A stretch of DNA of 36,532 bases from Octopus bimaculoides. Lineage: Eukaryota. This document shows, piece by piece, positions 1-12,231 of the stretch. The stretch covers positions 121,350,597 through 121,387,128 of the forward strand of contig NC_068985.1 of the NCBI RefSeq assembly GCF_001194135.2. Reading direction: 5' to 3'. The position numbers were made by a program, and so were the translations under genes. Under the pieces are notes generated by a model. The model was not told the DNA's origin, made no database searches, and saw nothing but the letters and a program-made list of their open reading frames with translations. Each line of letters begins with the position of its first letter. Position 1 is the stretch's first letter.

Positions 1-40
1 AGTAAGTGGTCCTTTATAATCCGGTCTATGACCATTGCGG

Positions 41-58
41 TTATTATTATTATTATTA

Positions 59-124
<66 letters not shown>

Positions 125-125
125 G
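41..125. repeat. (ATT)n microsatellite
   Basis: Directly visible. Further (ATT)n tracts at about 214-250 and 459-520. Confidence 0.97.
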
Positions 126-201
126 TATTAGTATTTTATGTTTGACTTTTGCTCCAAGTCTCACCCAGAGACCTCAAGCGACAAGTTAGAAGTTCATGTT
201 G
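126..201 (-). mobile_element. Possible 3' UTR fragment of a (TAA)n-tailed non-LTR retrotransposon
   Basis: Short unique segment abutting an (ATT)n tract, the same layout as the R4-like fragments at 26047-26621. No coding sequence to confirm. Confidence 0.3.
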
Positions 202-212
202 GAACTTCTAAC

Positions 213-250
<38 letters not shown>

Positions 251-458
251 TGAAGGCGGTGAGCTGGCAGAATCGTGAGCACGCCGATCAAAATGCTTTG
301 CGGTATTTCGTCCGCCTTTACGTTCTGAGTTCAAATTGCACTGAGGTCGACTTCGCCTGTCATTCTTTCGGGGTCGATAAATTAAGTACCAGTAAAACAC
401 TGGGGTTGATGTAATCGACTGGTGCCTCTTTCAAAATTTCAGGCCTTTAGTAGAATGG

Positions 459-520
<62 letters not shown>
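251..520 (+). mobile_element. tRNA-derived SINE (family A) with (ATT)n tail
   Basis: A-box-like tGGCAGAATCG and B-box-like GAGTTCAAATTG. Body (gtcgactt...tttcggggtcgataaa.taagtacc...gatgtaatcgact) aligns by eye with copies at 22758-22979, 13250-13560, 15050-15231 (-) and 18215-18290 (-). Confidence 0.85.
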
Positions 521-523
<3 letters not shown>

Positions 524-618
524 TGTTGTTGTTTTTGTTGTTGTTGTCGTTGTTAAATAGGATTAACACAAATTGTTTCTCTGGATATGCTTCATTCAAT
601 ATCAGAAAATGTTATTAC

Positions 619-620
<2 letters not shown>

Positions 621-656
<36 letters not shown>
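621..656. repeat. (AGAC)n microsatellite
   Basis: Directly visible. Confidence 0.95.
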
Positions 657-728
657 GGATGCGTGGATGGATTCATTCATTGAAATTTTAATATTTACAA
701 TATATTTTCAATTTTTTATATATTTTAG

Positions 729-1271
729 ATGAATGTTTATATTCACTTTACCAAATGGATAGCGGAGAATATAAATTTGTTGACTGGTCTTATGAAAGAC
801 TTCAACACGAAGGCAAGTTACATCAATGGTGTACCGGTCCTCTGAAAACTGGTGACGACTATCGATTGAAGCAATACAAACGACGAGACAACAATATGGT
901 GGCCGTCTTCACGCCATTGCATAGCTGCAAGCAGAAACTGGAGAAATTTTGCCGAGATTCGATGCCACCTTGTAAATACGTGGCCAGAGACGCAAAAGGA
1001 ATCACTAACGATAAACTCCACGTTGAATGTTTGAAAGAGTTTACTCTTGGCGGCAGCATTCCATCAGGAATAAGAAACCAAAATGGTGGCCTTACTTTCT
1101 TGTGTCAGAAATTCTCGTCTAATACTTTGTTTGGAGATCTTTTCAAGAGAAAAACTGCCCATTTTGCCTCACTATATGACAGTTTCAGACGTGTTCCAAC
1201 ATTCTCTATGAGCAAACTTACAGCTATTGATAATAAGGGATGGCCACGAACTCCGTATCTAATTGAAAGAG
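729..1271 (+). CDS. ENDOD1: Coding exon of an ENDOD1-like endonuclease-domain protein (N-terminal part, probably an internal exon)
   Basis: Acceptor tattttAG at 727-728 after a pyrimidine/AT-rich tract, and donor G|GTAATG at 1272. The 543-nt exon is phase 1-1 and open in the frame of ORF 755..1447. It encodes ECLKEFTLGGSIP, LCQKF, FASLYDSFRRVPTFS and PYLIER, matching the ENDOD1-family N-terminal motifs (C..FF...P, ICQ.Y, FATLYD...RIP.YS, W.IEP.L). The symbol is a family-level call, not proven orthology. ATG 755 is an alternative start. Confidence 0.8.
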
Positions 1272-1372
1272 GTAATGCTTGTTTGTTCAGTACACATTTT
1301 TTTAAGACTTCTCTTCGCTTTATTGTTTCTGTAAATTTCTTTTTCTGTAAATGTCGAGTATACGTCTATATG

Positions 1373-1387
1373 CACACATACGCACAC

Positions 1388-1434
<47 letters not shown>

Positions 1435-1576
1435 CACTCACACATAAATACATTCACAGATATTCATTTATGTATGTAATTGTATTAACCATTATCGTTG
1501 ATAGATGTCTAGACACACACACTTACACACACACACACTTACACACACACACACTTACACACACACACACACTTAC
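1373..1576. repeat. (CA)n and degenerate (CA)n tracts at the intron 5' end, running into a gap
   Basis: Directly visible. Explains the HTHT tail of ORF 755..1447. Confidence 0.9.
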
Positions 1577-1940
1577 NNNNNNNNNNNNNNNNNNNNNNNN
1601 NNNNNNNNNNNNNNNNNNNNNNNNNNNNNNNNNNNNNNNNNNNNNNNNNNNNNNNNNNNNNNNNNNNNNNNNNNNNNNNNNNNNNNNNNNNNNNNNNNNN
1701 NNNNNNNNNNNNNNNNNNNNNNNNNNNNNNNNNNNNNNNNNNNNNNNNNNNNNNNNNNNNNNNNNNNNNNNNNNNNNNNNNNNNNNNNNNNNNNTGCATG
1801 TATGCTCTGTCCATTTGTATAATATTTCTTGAATGTAGGAACGATGCTGACATCATTCCTGACTATGGGGGTGCGTGCGTGTGCATGTGTGTGTATGTGC
1901 GTGTGTACAGATATAGATGTTTGTGTGTGTGTGTGTGTGT

Positions 1941-2292
1941 GCTTCCCACCCACATGGTTCCGGGCTCGGTGCCACTGCGTGGCACCTTAGGTAAGTGTCT
2001 TCTGCTATAGACTCGGACCGACCAAAGCCTTGTGAGTGGATTTGGTAGGCGGAAACTGAAAGAAGCCCGTCGTATATATATGTGTGTGTGTGTTTGTATG
2101 TATAAATTTGTGTGTCTGTGTTTGACCCCCACCATCGCTTAACAACCGATGTTAGTGTGTTTAAGTCCCTGTAACTTAGCATTTCTGCAAAAGAGACCGA
2201 TAGATATAAAGAAAAGTTCTGGGGTCGATTTGTTCGACTAAAGGCGGTGCTCCAGCATGGCCGCAGTCAAATGACTGAAACAAGTAAAAGAA
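1941..2292 (+). mobile_element. SINE-like interspersed repeat (family B) inside the intron
   Basis: B-box-like ggttccgggctc followed by CORE-like accttaggtaagtgtcttct. The segment ccaaagccttgtgagtggatttggtaggcggaaactgaaagaagccc recurs in decayed form at ~8450-8505 (-) and ~18400-18432 (+). Internal (TG)n tract. Confidence 0.75.
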
Positions 2293-2352
2293 TATATATA
2301 TAATATATATATGCATATATACATACTTACATGTGCATACTTACATCTATAC

Positions 2353-2395
<43 letters not shown>

Positions 2396-3839
2396 TATGG
2401 GGGAACACGACGTCACGAAATGTGTACAACAAAAAATTACGAAGCACGAGTACATAGAACATGAATTATTCTTTCGAACGACGAAAGAGACAAATAGAAA
2501 ACAAAACAAACAACATAAAGAACGACCCTTTATCAGTTGTTGGCTGTTTTTCTAGTCTCGTATTTCGAGCATTTAATAATCGATAAAACAGTTGCTCCCG
2601 CAAAACAACTTAAATAAAATTTGGGATTTTGCGGAGGGTCAAAATTGGTAACACAAACAGTACAGTGAAAACAAACTGTAAGTGCTGCTAAGCCTAAACA
2701 AGGTTGTGGTGGCGAACGCGTAAATCAAGCTAGGACATGAGACAAACAAGAACGCATCTTCCTTGTTCTAGCTACAACGGAGAGAAAGAAAGATGACCGA
2801 TTTTCACGTGGGAGCCAGGTGAGCAAGGGATGAAGAGTGAGGGAGAGAGAGTGACAGAGTAATAGGATAGAATAGTGGGAGAAGGGGAGGTAAAAGAATA
2901 AGAGAGAGAAAGAGAGAAAAACGAAAGAGTGAAAAGATAGTGCGCATCAGAATTATTAAGATAAAACTTACTTGGAAGAGAATGCATGGCGTTCAATCAT
3001 ATAATAATATAAATAATATATATATANNNNNNNNNNNNNNNNNNNNNNNNNNNNNNNNNNNNNNNNNNNNNNNNNNNNNNNNNNNNNNNNNNNNNNNNNN
3101 NNNNNNNNNNNNNNNNNNNNNNNNNNNNNNNNNNNNNNNNNNNNNNNNNNNNNNNNNNNNNNNNNNNNNNNNNNNNNNNNNNNNNNNNNNNNNNNNNNNN
3201 NNNNNNNNNNNNNNNNNNNNNNNNNNNNNNNNNNNNNNNNNNNNNNNNNNNNNNNNNNNNNNNNNNNNNNNNNNNNNNNNNNNNNNNNNNNNNNNNNNNN
3301 NNNNNNNNNNNNNNNNNNNNNNNNNNNNNNNNNNNNNNNNNNNNNNNNNNNNNNNNNNNNNNNNNNNNNNNNNNNNNNNNNNNNNNNNNNNNNNNNNNNN
3401 NNNNNNNNNNNTATATATATATATATATATGTATATGTATTATACACACAATATTTACAAACACACGGACGTACGCATATACATATAAAATTCGTTTTGA
3501 TTGATACTTGCTAACTCTGGTTAAATATAACAGGTAAAACTTAAAGTCACAGTCGACTCGAATTTTATAATAAATTTCACTCTAGTTTCTGTATTGAGTC
3601 TTCCCAACAGAAAATGCTCAGTTATTCTTAAAATTGCTTTAAAGTATTTAAAGTAATCTTAATTTAGCATTTATGTACCTACGTATATAGCTATATATGT
3701 ATATTTATCTGTGTGCATGCGTGTATGTGTGTGTTTATGTGTGTGTGCGTGTGCGTGTGCGTGTATGTGTGTGTACGCACACATTTATGAGTCTAATTTT
3801 TATAATATTTTCACGTCGTTTTTTTTATATTCTTTTCAG

Positions 3840-4687
3840 CTTTGATCGATAAACAAGCACGTGCATCCTGGTTTTACATTGTTCAATATCGTAAGAAAGG
3901 TCTGGCAGCTCTGAGTGAACTCGAAGATGAAATTCAGAACGATCAATGCGCCGTTGGCAAGTACCAGCCCCAACCGAGTGACTATGATTTCACCACCACC
4001 TATCGTATTGGTCATCTTCTACCTCCACAGTTGGCCGGTCACCAAATAGATACGAAGATTGCAGCATTCGCTTTAACGAACACAGTCCCAATGCATATGG
4101 ACTTCTATAAAGAATGGAAAAAAGCAGCAAAAATGATAATTAAATATGCCGTGGATGTATGTGGTGTTCCTCAAATAGATGCAGAAAAAACAGTGACTGA
4201 GAGTACAGAACCAACGCAGTCATCAACAACTCCATTTACCACTATTGCTACACCTATGGCCACCAAATCAACCAACTCGGCCAACACCAGGAATATTGGC
4301 ACTTCCGGTTCGCTACCCTCAATGATGGCAGATTCATCAGCGACTGAAGAGAAAGCTCAGAAGCCTCAACTATATCTTGTTGCTGGTGCCGTTCCTTCGG
4401 TGGATCCAGAAGTAACCATTGGCAATGGAGTTAACGTGCCAGACCTGATTTGGCTTGGAGGCTGTTGCGTCCGGGGTAACGAGACCAAAGGCTTTGCTGT
4501 CTACGGACAAAATGCTGCCGGAAGATTGGTCGGAGCGACATCCCTTCCTCAGCTTGAAATACTCTTGTCACAAGAGTATACGAAACACACTTCGAGAGCA
4601 CATGCATTCAAAATAAAAATCTTTCCTGCATACCAAGGCCAGTGTAGTAAGGCACCAAATGATGACTCACTTAAAATAGCACTTTGA
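3840..4687 (+). CDS. ENDOD1: Terminal coding exon of the ENDOD1-like protein (DNA/RNA non-specific endonuclease domain)
   Basis: 848-nt open frame ending in TGA at 4685-4687. Motifs QPQPSDY, YRIGHLLP, FALTNTVPM, LYLVAGAVPS, VNVPDLIWLGGCC and IFP....C correspond to family motifs QA...DY, YDRGHL.P, FTLTN.VPQ, YV.TGAVP, V.IP...W.A.CC and FP..C. Spliced CDS from ATG 755 is 454 aa. Confidence 0.88.
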
Positions 4688-4899
4688 TTTTCTACATCTT
4701 AACACCCCTAGAAGTGCAAAATATTCAAATATTTTATTGCAAATTTTTTAAAGCTTATTCTTTACTGTTTTTCTTTTATTTTTGCGGAAAAAATCTTGCA
4801 ACTTTTTTTATTATAATTATAATTATTATTAATATTATCACTAATTGTTATACTTATTATCATTACTATAACTGTTATTCTTTTTTTATTAATTTCTTA

Positions 4900-4987
4900 A
4901 ATAAAAGATAAATAAGTAAATCTTTTGAATATTAATAAGAAAAAAATGAATTAAATCAAATCATTATAATCAAAATTAATTAATAAA
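4900..4987 (+). promoter_or_regulatory. Candidate polyadenylation signals (AATAAA at 4900-4905 and 4982-4987)
   Basis: Hexamers lie 200-300 nt downstream of the stop codon. The region is very AT-rich, so chance occurrence is likely. Confidence 0.3.
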
Positions 4988-7789
4988 AGTTTTTTTTCTT
5001 TAACTATTAATCCTTTTTTTTTTAAATAACTAATTGTATTGCGATGTAATAGCAGCTATGAAAACATATAGAGTTGTTTTTTTTTCATTTAATTGCCAAT
5101 CTGTAAGAGGAAATACAGTTCTAGTAAAGAAATCCCTGAGAGAACAAGAGCATCAAAAGATGTGAACAATTGGTAATACCAAATCAAATAAAACTAAATT
5201 AAAACATAAAAATCATTTTATATAGAATTCTGTCTAGTTTCCTTCGAAAATTTGTTCTACTTAACTGTGATCGTTAAAACACACAGAAACAAAGACTTGC
5301 ATACATATACAAACATACATATACATACATAATTATACATATACATGTATACATATATGTGTGTGTATGTGTGTGTATGTGGAAAACTATATGTGTATAT
5401 TATGAGTATTTCAGTTCAGTTGCTTGCAACAATATTGCGCGAAGATATCATGTGTGTATGAGTCGTAATTATATGAATACACATGTTAAAAATTTGTATA
5501 AGAAATTGTGTGTAATCTTCTTTTCATCTACACACTCACACACACTTACACACAGGTGTATATATATATATANNNNNNNNNNNNNNNNNNNNNNNNNNNN
5601 NNNNNNNNNNNNNNNNNNNNNNNNNNNNNNNNNNNNNNNNNNNNNNNNNNNNNNNNNNNNNNNNNNNNNNNNNNNNNNNNNNNNNNNNNNNNNNNNNNNN
5701 NNNNNNNNNNNNNNNNNNNNNNNNNNNNNNNNNNNNNNNNNNNNNNNNNNNNNNNNNNNNNNNNNNNNNNNNNNNNNNNNNNNNNNNNNNNNNNNNNNNN
5801 NNNNNNNNNNNNNNNNNNNNNNNNNNNNNNNNNNNNNNNNNNNNNNNNNNNNNNNNNNNNNNNNNNNNNNNNNNNNNNNNNNNNNNNNNNNNNNNNNNNN
5901 NNNNNNNNNNNNNNNNNNNNNNNNNNNNNNNNNNNNNNNNNNNNNNNNNNNNNNNNNNNNNNNNNNNNNNNNNNNNNNNNNNNNNNNNNNNNNNNNNNNN
6001 NNNNNNNNNNNNNNNNNNNNNNNNNNNNNNNNNNNNNNNNNNNNNNNNNNNNNNNNNNNNNNNNNNNNNNNNNNNNNNNNNNNNNNNNNNNNNNNNNNNN
6101 NNNNNNNNNNNNNNNNNNNNNNNNNNNNNNNNNNNNNNNNNNNNNNNNNNNNNNNNNNNNNNNNNNNNNNNNNNNNNNNNNNNNNNNNNNNNNNNNNNNN
6201 NNNNNNNNNNNNNNNNNNNNNNNNNNNNNNNNNNNNNNNNNNNNNNNNNNNNNNNNNNNNNNNNNNNNNNNNNNNNNNNNNNNNNNNNNNNNNNNNNNNN
6301 NNNNNNNNNNNNNNNNNNNNNNNNNNNNNNNNNNNNNNNNNNNNNNNNNNNNNNNNNNNNNNNNNNNNNNNNNNNTATATATATAAAAACCAAAGAATTG
6401 TTAAAATAATTAAACATAAAGAACACGCTGAACGCAGACGATTTTCTAACTTATAACAAGATAAACAAAAATACCCTCACACACACGTACATAATCACGC
6501 GCACACATTGACATATAGTTGCATATATGCAAGTATGTATGTATATATAGATGTAAGGGGCCAATTAGAAGCTTCCGTATTTCCCAGTAGATCCTCAGTC
6601 CAGAATTTCTAAATTATTCTCGACATAGACCACTTAAATAATTCCCAACAAGAACTGACCAATTGCTGTTGTTTTAAGAATATCATTTTGGCATGGATTT
6701 CTTTTCAACACTACGCAAATCCTTTAATATAATTATTGCATAGCGACTGTTTTGCATTTTTGTTTTGTTTTTTGTTTTTGTTGGGGGTTTTTTTCTTCAG
6801 TACTTTATCGTCATGGTTTGATAGATTAAATACTTTGGAAGATAATTAGATATCTATGTTAACCTGTTTAATAAACTATTGTTTTCAAGCAGTGTTTACA
6901 CAACATCACTCAATAAATTGCTAGAAAGAATCAAAGCCCCTTGAGGATATAAGAATTAAGAAACATTTATTTATCTTAAATTCTGCTTCTAAAAACAATA
7001 ATATATTCAGACGATGTTTACAATATAACTATTGAATAGTGCTGTTTACATTAATCTGAACACAATTGCGCTTGGAAAATAGATAAATAAATGTGTGCCT
7101 TGTAATTATCTAATGCCATTTGTTTGCTTTTTGAGGGATTTGAAAAGAAGGGTAGATTTCACAAGAAAATTAGATCTATATATAAATAGAATGCAACATC
7201 AAGAAATACAATAAACAAGACACATTTAAGTCCATTTTGAACGACGCAACGGTCATTCCTTGTCTCCAAATTCTGAGTTTCTATAGCAGCATATTTGGAT
7301 TTTGTAATAACGCTCATCTAATGAAATGTTTCTTTCATTCTTTTTCTTTCTCTATTTCTTTAAAAAGGCTTAAATTCAGATTTAATTATATAACTCAACC
7401 TAAATTTATGTATATTAATTGTCTATGAATTTAAGACTAGTTCATATTTTAATTTCAATCTAAATTCAAGTTTTATCTTAACTCAAGCCCATCAAAAAGA
7501 CTTTACTAATATAAAGAGTTAAGGTTTCTATCGCTCAAAATAATGGTGGCCATCAATTTTTGTGGGGGTACATCAGTAATACTGAGAATATAAGGCATAT
7601 TGTAAGTGACTTAAGGCTCAGTAGAAATTAGTTTTAACAGTTTGAAAAGGTGTAACTAATATCTGCCGTAATTTTTTAACTAATTGTTTGTAAAATTTTC
7701 CTTCGGCAGAATTGTTTTATTGGTAATGTGTTAGACGTTTATGCTCATGCGTACATATGCATGCATATGTGTATGTATGTATGAAAATG

Positions 7790-7989
<200 letters not shown>

Positions 7990-8329
7990 TAACTACACGC
8001 CAAGCTTTATGAAAATGTTAAAACATACTAAATGTTGAGCCATTTATTTCAATAGTTCTACTTCTCAGGCAATAGTTTGCATCCTTTACTTTCGAAACAA
8101 AAATTATAAAACAAACATATATACATTCATACATACATACATACATACATAAACACTCATATACATAGATATATATTATATATCTTGTATAAATATTATA
8201 CATCTTTATATACATACATGTTATACATCTTTACACGCATACATATATGATGAATGGACTTTGGCGTCGATTTCTACGAAAGAGTGTCTTGTGGTGTGAT
8301 CAACTGAACTACCTACTGAACTATCAACT

Positions 8330-8510
8330 GTCTCACAGTTTAAGTGGCTGAGTATTTCGTAAATTCTTGTACACACATTTAATTTAATATTCATGTAGTA
8401 TCAGTTGCACTCTGTGTGACCTTTGAATAACACGTACAATCCATCCAACTGGCTTCTGTAAAGTTTCCGTATACCCAGCGTCTCTCACAAAACTTGATAC
8501 GTGATTAATT
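8330..8510 (-). mobile_element. Decayed SINE remnant(s), family B-related
   Basis: 8452-8505 (ggcttctgtaaagtttccgtatacccagcgtctctcacaaaacttg) is a degenerate reverse complement of 2022-2068. Confidence 0.5.
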
Positions 8511-10708
8511 TTAAACAGAAAATATAAATACGCAAAAAGATTCTTTTCAATTAGAGAAGTTATTTTTTTCTTTTATGGAAAACTGGATTCTTCTTTAAAC
8601 AAGAAACTGTTACATAAGCATCGCCGCATTACATACATAACTTCATTTGAGCATTGTTTCTGTGGTAGAAATAAGCTCTTTTCTTATAAGAAGAATTTGA
8701 ATTATTAAAAAGAAAGATAACAAGCATATACACATATGCACCTATTCACATATATGCATGTATGCACTCATATATATGTATATTATATGTATGTCTACAT
8801 ACATACATGTCTGCGAGTATGCGTACATGCATATATACATTATTATGTGTGGAACGAAAAACTAATGATGTCTTTCTCCCTTCCTCTCTGTCTATCTATC
8901 TCTGTTTCTAGACAGGAGCTAAAAGGAAGCTAAATTCGCGATGCGATTGTCTGTGAAACAAATCAAAATGTATTACAGAAAATAGAAACTGTATAAATGA
9001 AATCAATAACACAATTCTCAAACTAATAAGCACTTCATCTAAGAAATATAGACATGGGAATTCATTTAAATGTAACTATAACATACGAAATTAGTTCCCC
9101 GAAAAATTAAAATTAAAATATACTTAAGTTCAAGAAAGTTTGATATTCAAGTTTCATGATGACAACGTGAGTCCTGAGAATGAAATCAAAAATGTTTGGA
9201 GAAATATAAGATAATTGATGTAGGAAATTAACCTATAAATGGCTATAGAGTCGGAAGAATAAAACTTGTCTTTCCTAATATTTTCTAAACAAAGGTACAG
9301 AATGTGAAATTTGTCTTTCCTAAAATTTTCTTAACGAAGGCATTGAATATGTAACAGCAAACATGACTGGACAGCTGCCGTGTATTCGAAAGGAAATGAT
9401 TTTATTTTGCTATTTATTTTTTTTTATATATTTTCTTCGTTTTTCTTTTTTTTTTTTTTTTTTTTTTTTTTNNNNNNNNNNNNNNNNNNNNNNNNNNNNN
9501 NNNNNNNNNNNNNNNNNNNNNNNNNNNNNNNNNNNNNNNNNNNNNNNNNNNNNNNNNNNNNNNNNNNNNNNNNNNNNNNNNNNNNNNNNNNNNNNNNNNN
9601 NNNNNNNNNNNNNNNNNNNNNNNNNNNNNNNNNNNNNNNNNNNNNNNNNNNNNNNNNNNNNNNNNNNNNNNNNNNNNNNNNNNNNNNNNNNNNNNNNNNN
9701 NNNNNNNNNNNNNNNNNNNNNNNNNNNNNNNNNNNNNNNNNNNNNNNNNNNNNNNNNNNNNNNNNNNNNNNNNNNNNNNNNNNNNNNNNNNNNNNNNNNN
9801 NNNNNNNNNNNNNNNNNNNNNNNNNNNNNNNNNNNNNNNNNNNNNNNNNNNNNNNNNNNNNNNNNNNNNNNNNNNNNNNNNNNNNNNNNNNNNNNNNNNN
9901 NNNNNNNNNNNNNNNNNNNNNNNNNNNNNNNNNNNNNNNNNNNNNNNNNNNNNNNNNNNNNNNNNNNNNNNNNNNNNNNNNNNNNNNNNNNNNNNNNNNN
10001 NNNNNNNNNNNNNNNNNNNNNNNNNNNNNNNNNNNNNNNNNNNNNNNNNNNNNNNNNNNNNNNNNNNNNNNNNNNNNNNNNNNNNNNNNNNNNNNNNNNN
10101 NNNNNNNNNNNNNNNNNNNNNNNNNNNNNNNNNNNNNNNNNNNNNNNNNNNNNNNNNNNTATATATATATATATATATATATGAATTTATACATACATAT
10201 GTGCGTGTGTCTGTGTCTGTGTCTGTGTATATCTGTGCGTGTTTGTGTACTACGTGAGATGATAGAAATAGGATGACAATGAGCATAAGGTTTGACAATT
10301 GTGCTGGTGATGATAATGAGGGCGAGAAAGGCGAAAATGAAAATTAAGATGGCGTTAGTTGCCGCGATTTCAGAGAACTACGAGAGAACAGGAAACTGAC
10401 TGATTTATCCGCCCTTGGTTAACCACGTTTCAAAAAGCCATTGGCAGAGTGCACCAAGATATATATGAATAGTTTTATACTAAAATACAATACACACACT
10501 CACACACACGTACACATACACACGTCACAAATACATATATGTGCGTATTTAAATATATATATTATATATAAATATAACGATATTTGGATATATAAACGCT
10601 TTAGTCTCTGTGTATGCATTTATGTATAAATATATGTATACACATAAACATATATACATATATAACACATATATATAATAAAATATATACAAGTACATTA
10701 TACAAATA

Positions 10709-11170
<462 letters not shown>

Positions 11171-12139
11171 NNNNNNNNNNNNNNNNNNNNNNNNNNNNNN
11201 NNNNNNNNNNNNNNNNNNNNNNNNNNNNNNNNNNNNNNNNNNNNNNNNNNNNNNNNNNNNNNNNNNNNNNNNNNNNNNNNNNNNNNNNNNNNNNNNNNNN
11301 NNNNNNNNNNNNNNNNNNNNNNNNNNNNNNNNNNNNNNNNNNNNNNNNNNNNNNNNNNNNNNNNNNNNNNNNNNNNNNNNNNNNNNNNNNNNNNNNNNNN
11401 NNNNNNNNNNNNNNNNNNNNNNNNNNNNNNNNNNNNNNNNNNNNNNNNNNNNNNNNNNNNNNNNNNNNNNNNNNNNNNNNNNNNNNNNNNNNNNNNNNNN
11501 NNNNNNNNNNNNNNNNNNNNNNNNNNNNNNNNNNNNNNNNNNNNNNNNNNNNNNNNNNNNNNNNNNNNNNNNNNNNNNNNNNNNNNNNNNNNNNNNNNNN
11601 NNNNNNNNNNNNNNNNNNNNNNNNNNNNNNNNNNNNNNNNNNNNNNNNNNNNNNNNNNNNNNNNNNNNNNNNNNNNNNNNNNNNNNNNNNNNNNNNNNNN
11701 NNNNNNNNNNNNNNNNNNNNNNNNNNNNNNNNNNNNNNNNNNNNNNNNNNNNNNNNNNNNNNNNNNNNNNNNNNNNNNNNNNNNNNNNNNNNNNNNNNNN
11801 NNNNNNNNNNNNNNNNNNNNNNNNNNNNNNNNNNNNNNNNNNNNNNNNNNNNNNNNNNNNNNNNNNNNNNNNNNNNNNNNNNNNNNNNNNNNNNNNNNNN
11901 NNNNNNNNNNNNNNNNNNNNNNNNNNNNNNNNNNNNNNNNNNNNNNNNNNNNNNNNNNNNNNNNNNNNNNNNNNNNNNNNNNNNNNNNNNNNNNNNNNNN
12001 NNNNNNNNNNNNNNNNNNNNNNNNNNNNNNNNNNNNNNNNNNNNNNNNNNNNNNNNNNNNNNNNNNNNNNNNNNNNNNNNNNNNNNNNNNNNNNNNNNNN
12101 NNNNNNNNNNNNNNNNNNNNNNNNNNNNNNNNNNNNNNN

Positions 12140-12184
<45 letters not shown>

Positions 12185-12193
12185 AAGTATATA

Positions 12194-12231
<38 letters not shown>

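Larger units (their letters stand above)
1272..3839 (+). other. GT-AG intron of the ENDOD1-like gene (phase 1)
   Basis: GTAATG at 1272, branch-like CTAAT at 3793-3797 and polypyrimidine tract ending ttcttttcAG at 3838-3839. The G at 1271 plus CT at 3840-3841 gives GCT (Ala), joining YLIER-A-LIDKQ in frame. Confidence 0.85.

Noticed and set aside
1272-1447. C-terminal part of ORF 755..1447 (GNACLF...THTHT)
   Set aside because: Read-through past the splice donor into intron and (CA)n sequence.
2400-2790. GC-richer intronic segment resembling an interspersed repeat (possibly Penelope-like)
   Set aside because: No second copy in the window, no diagnostic coding motif and no complete hammerhead core, so it cannot be classified.
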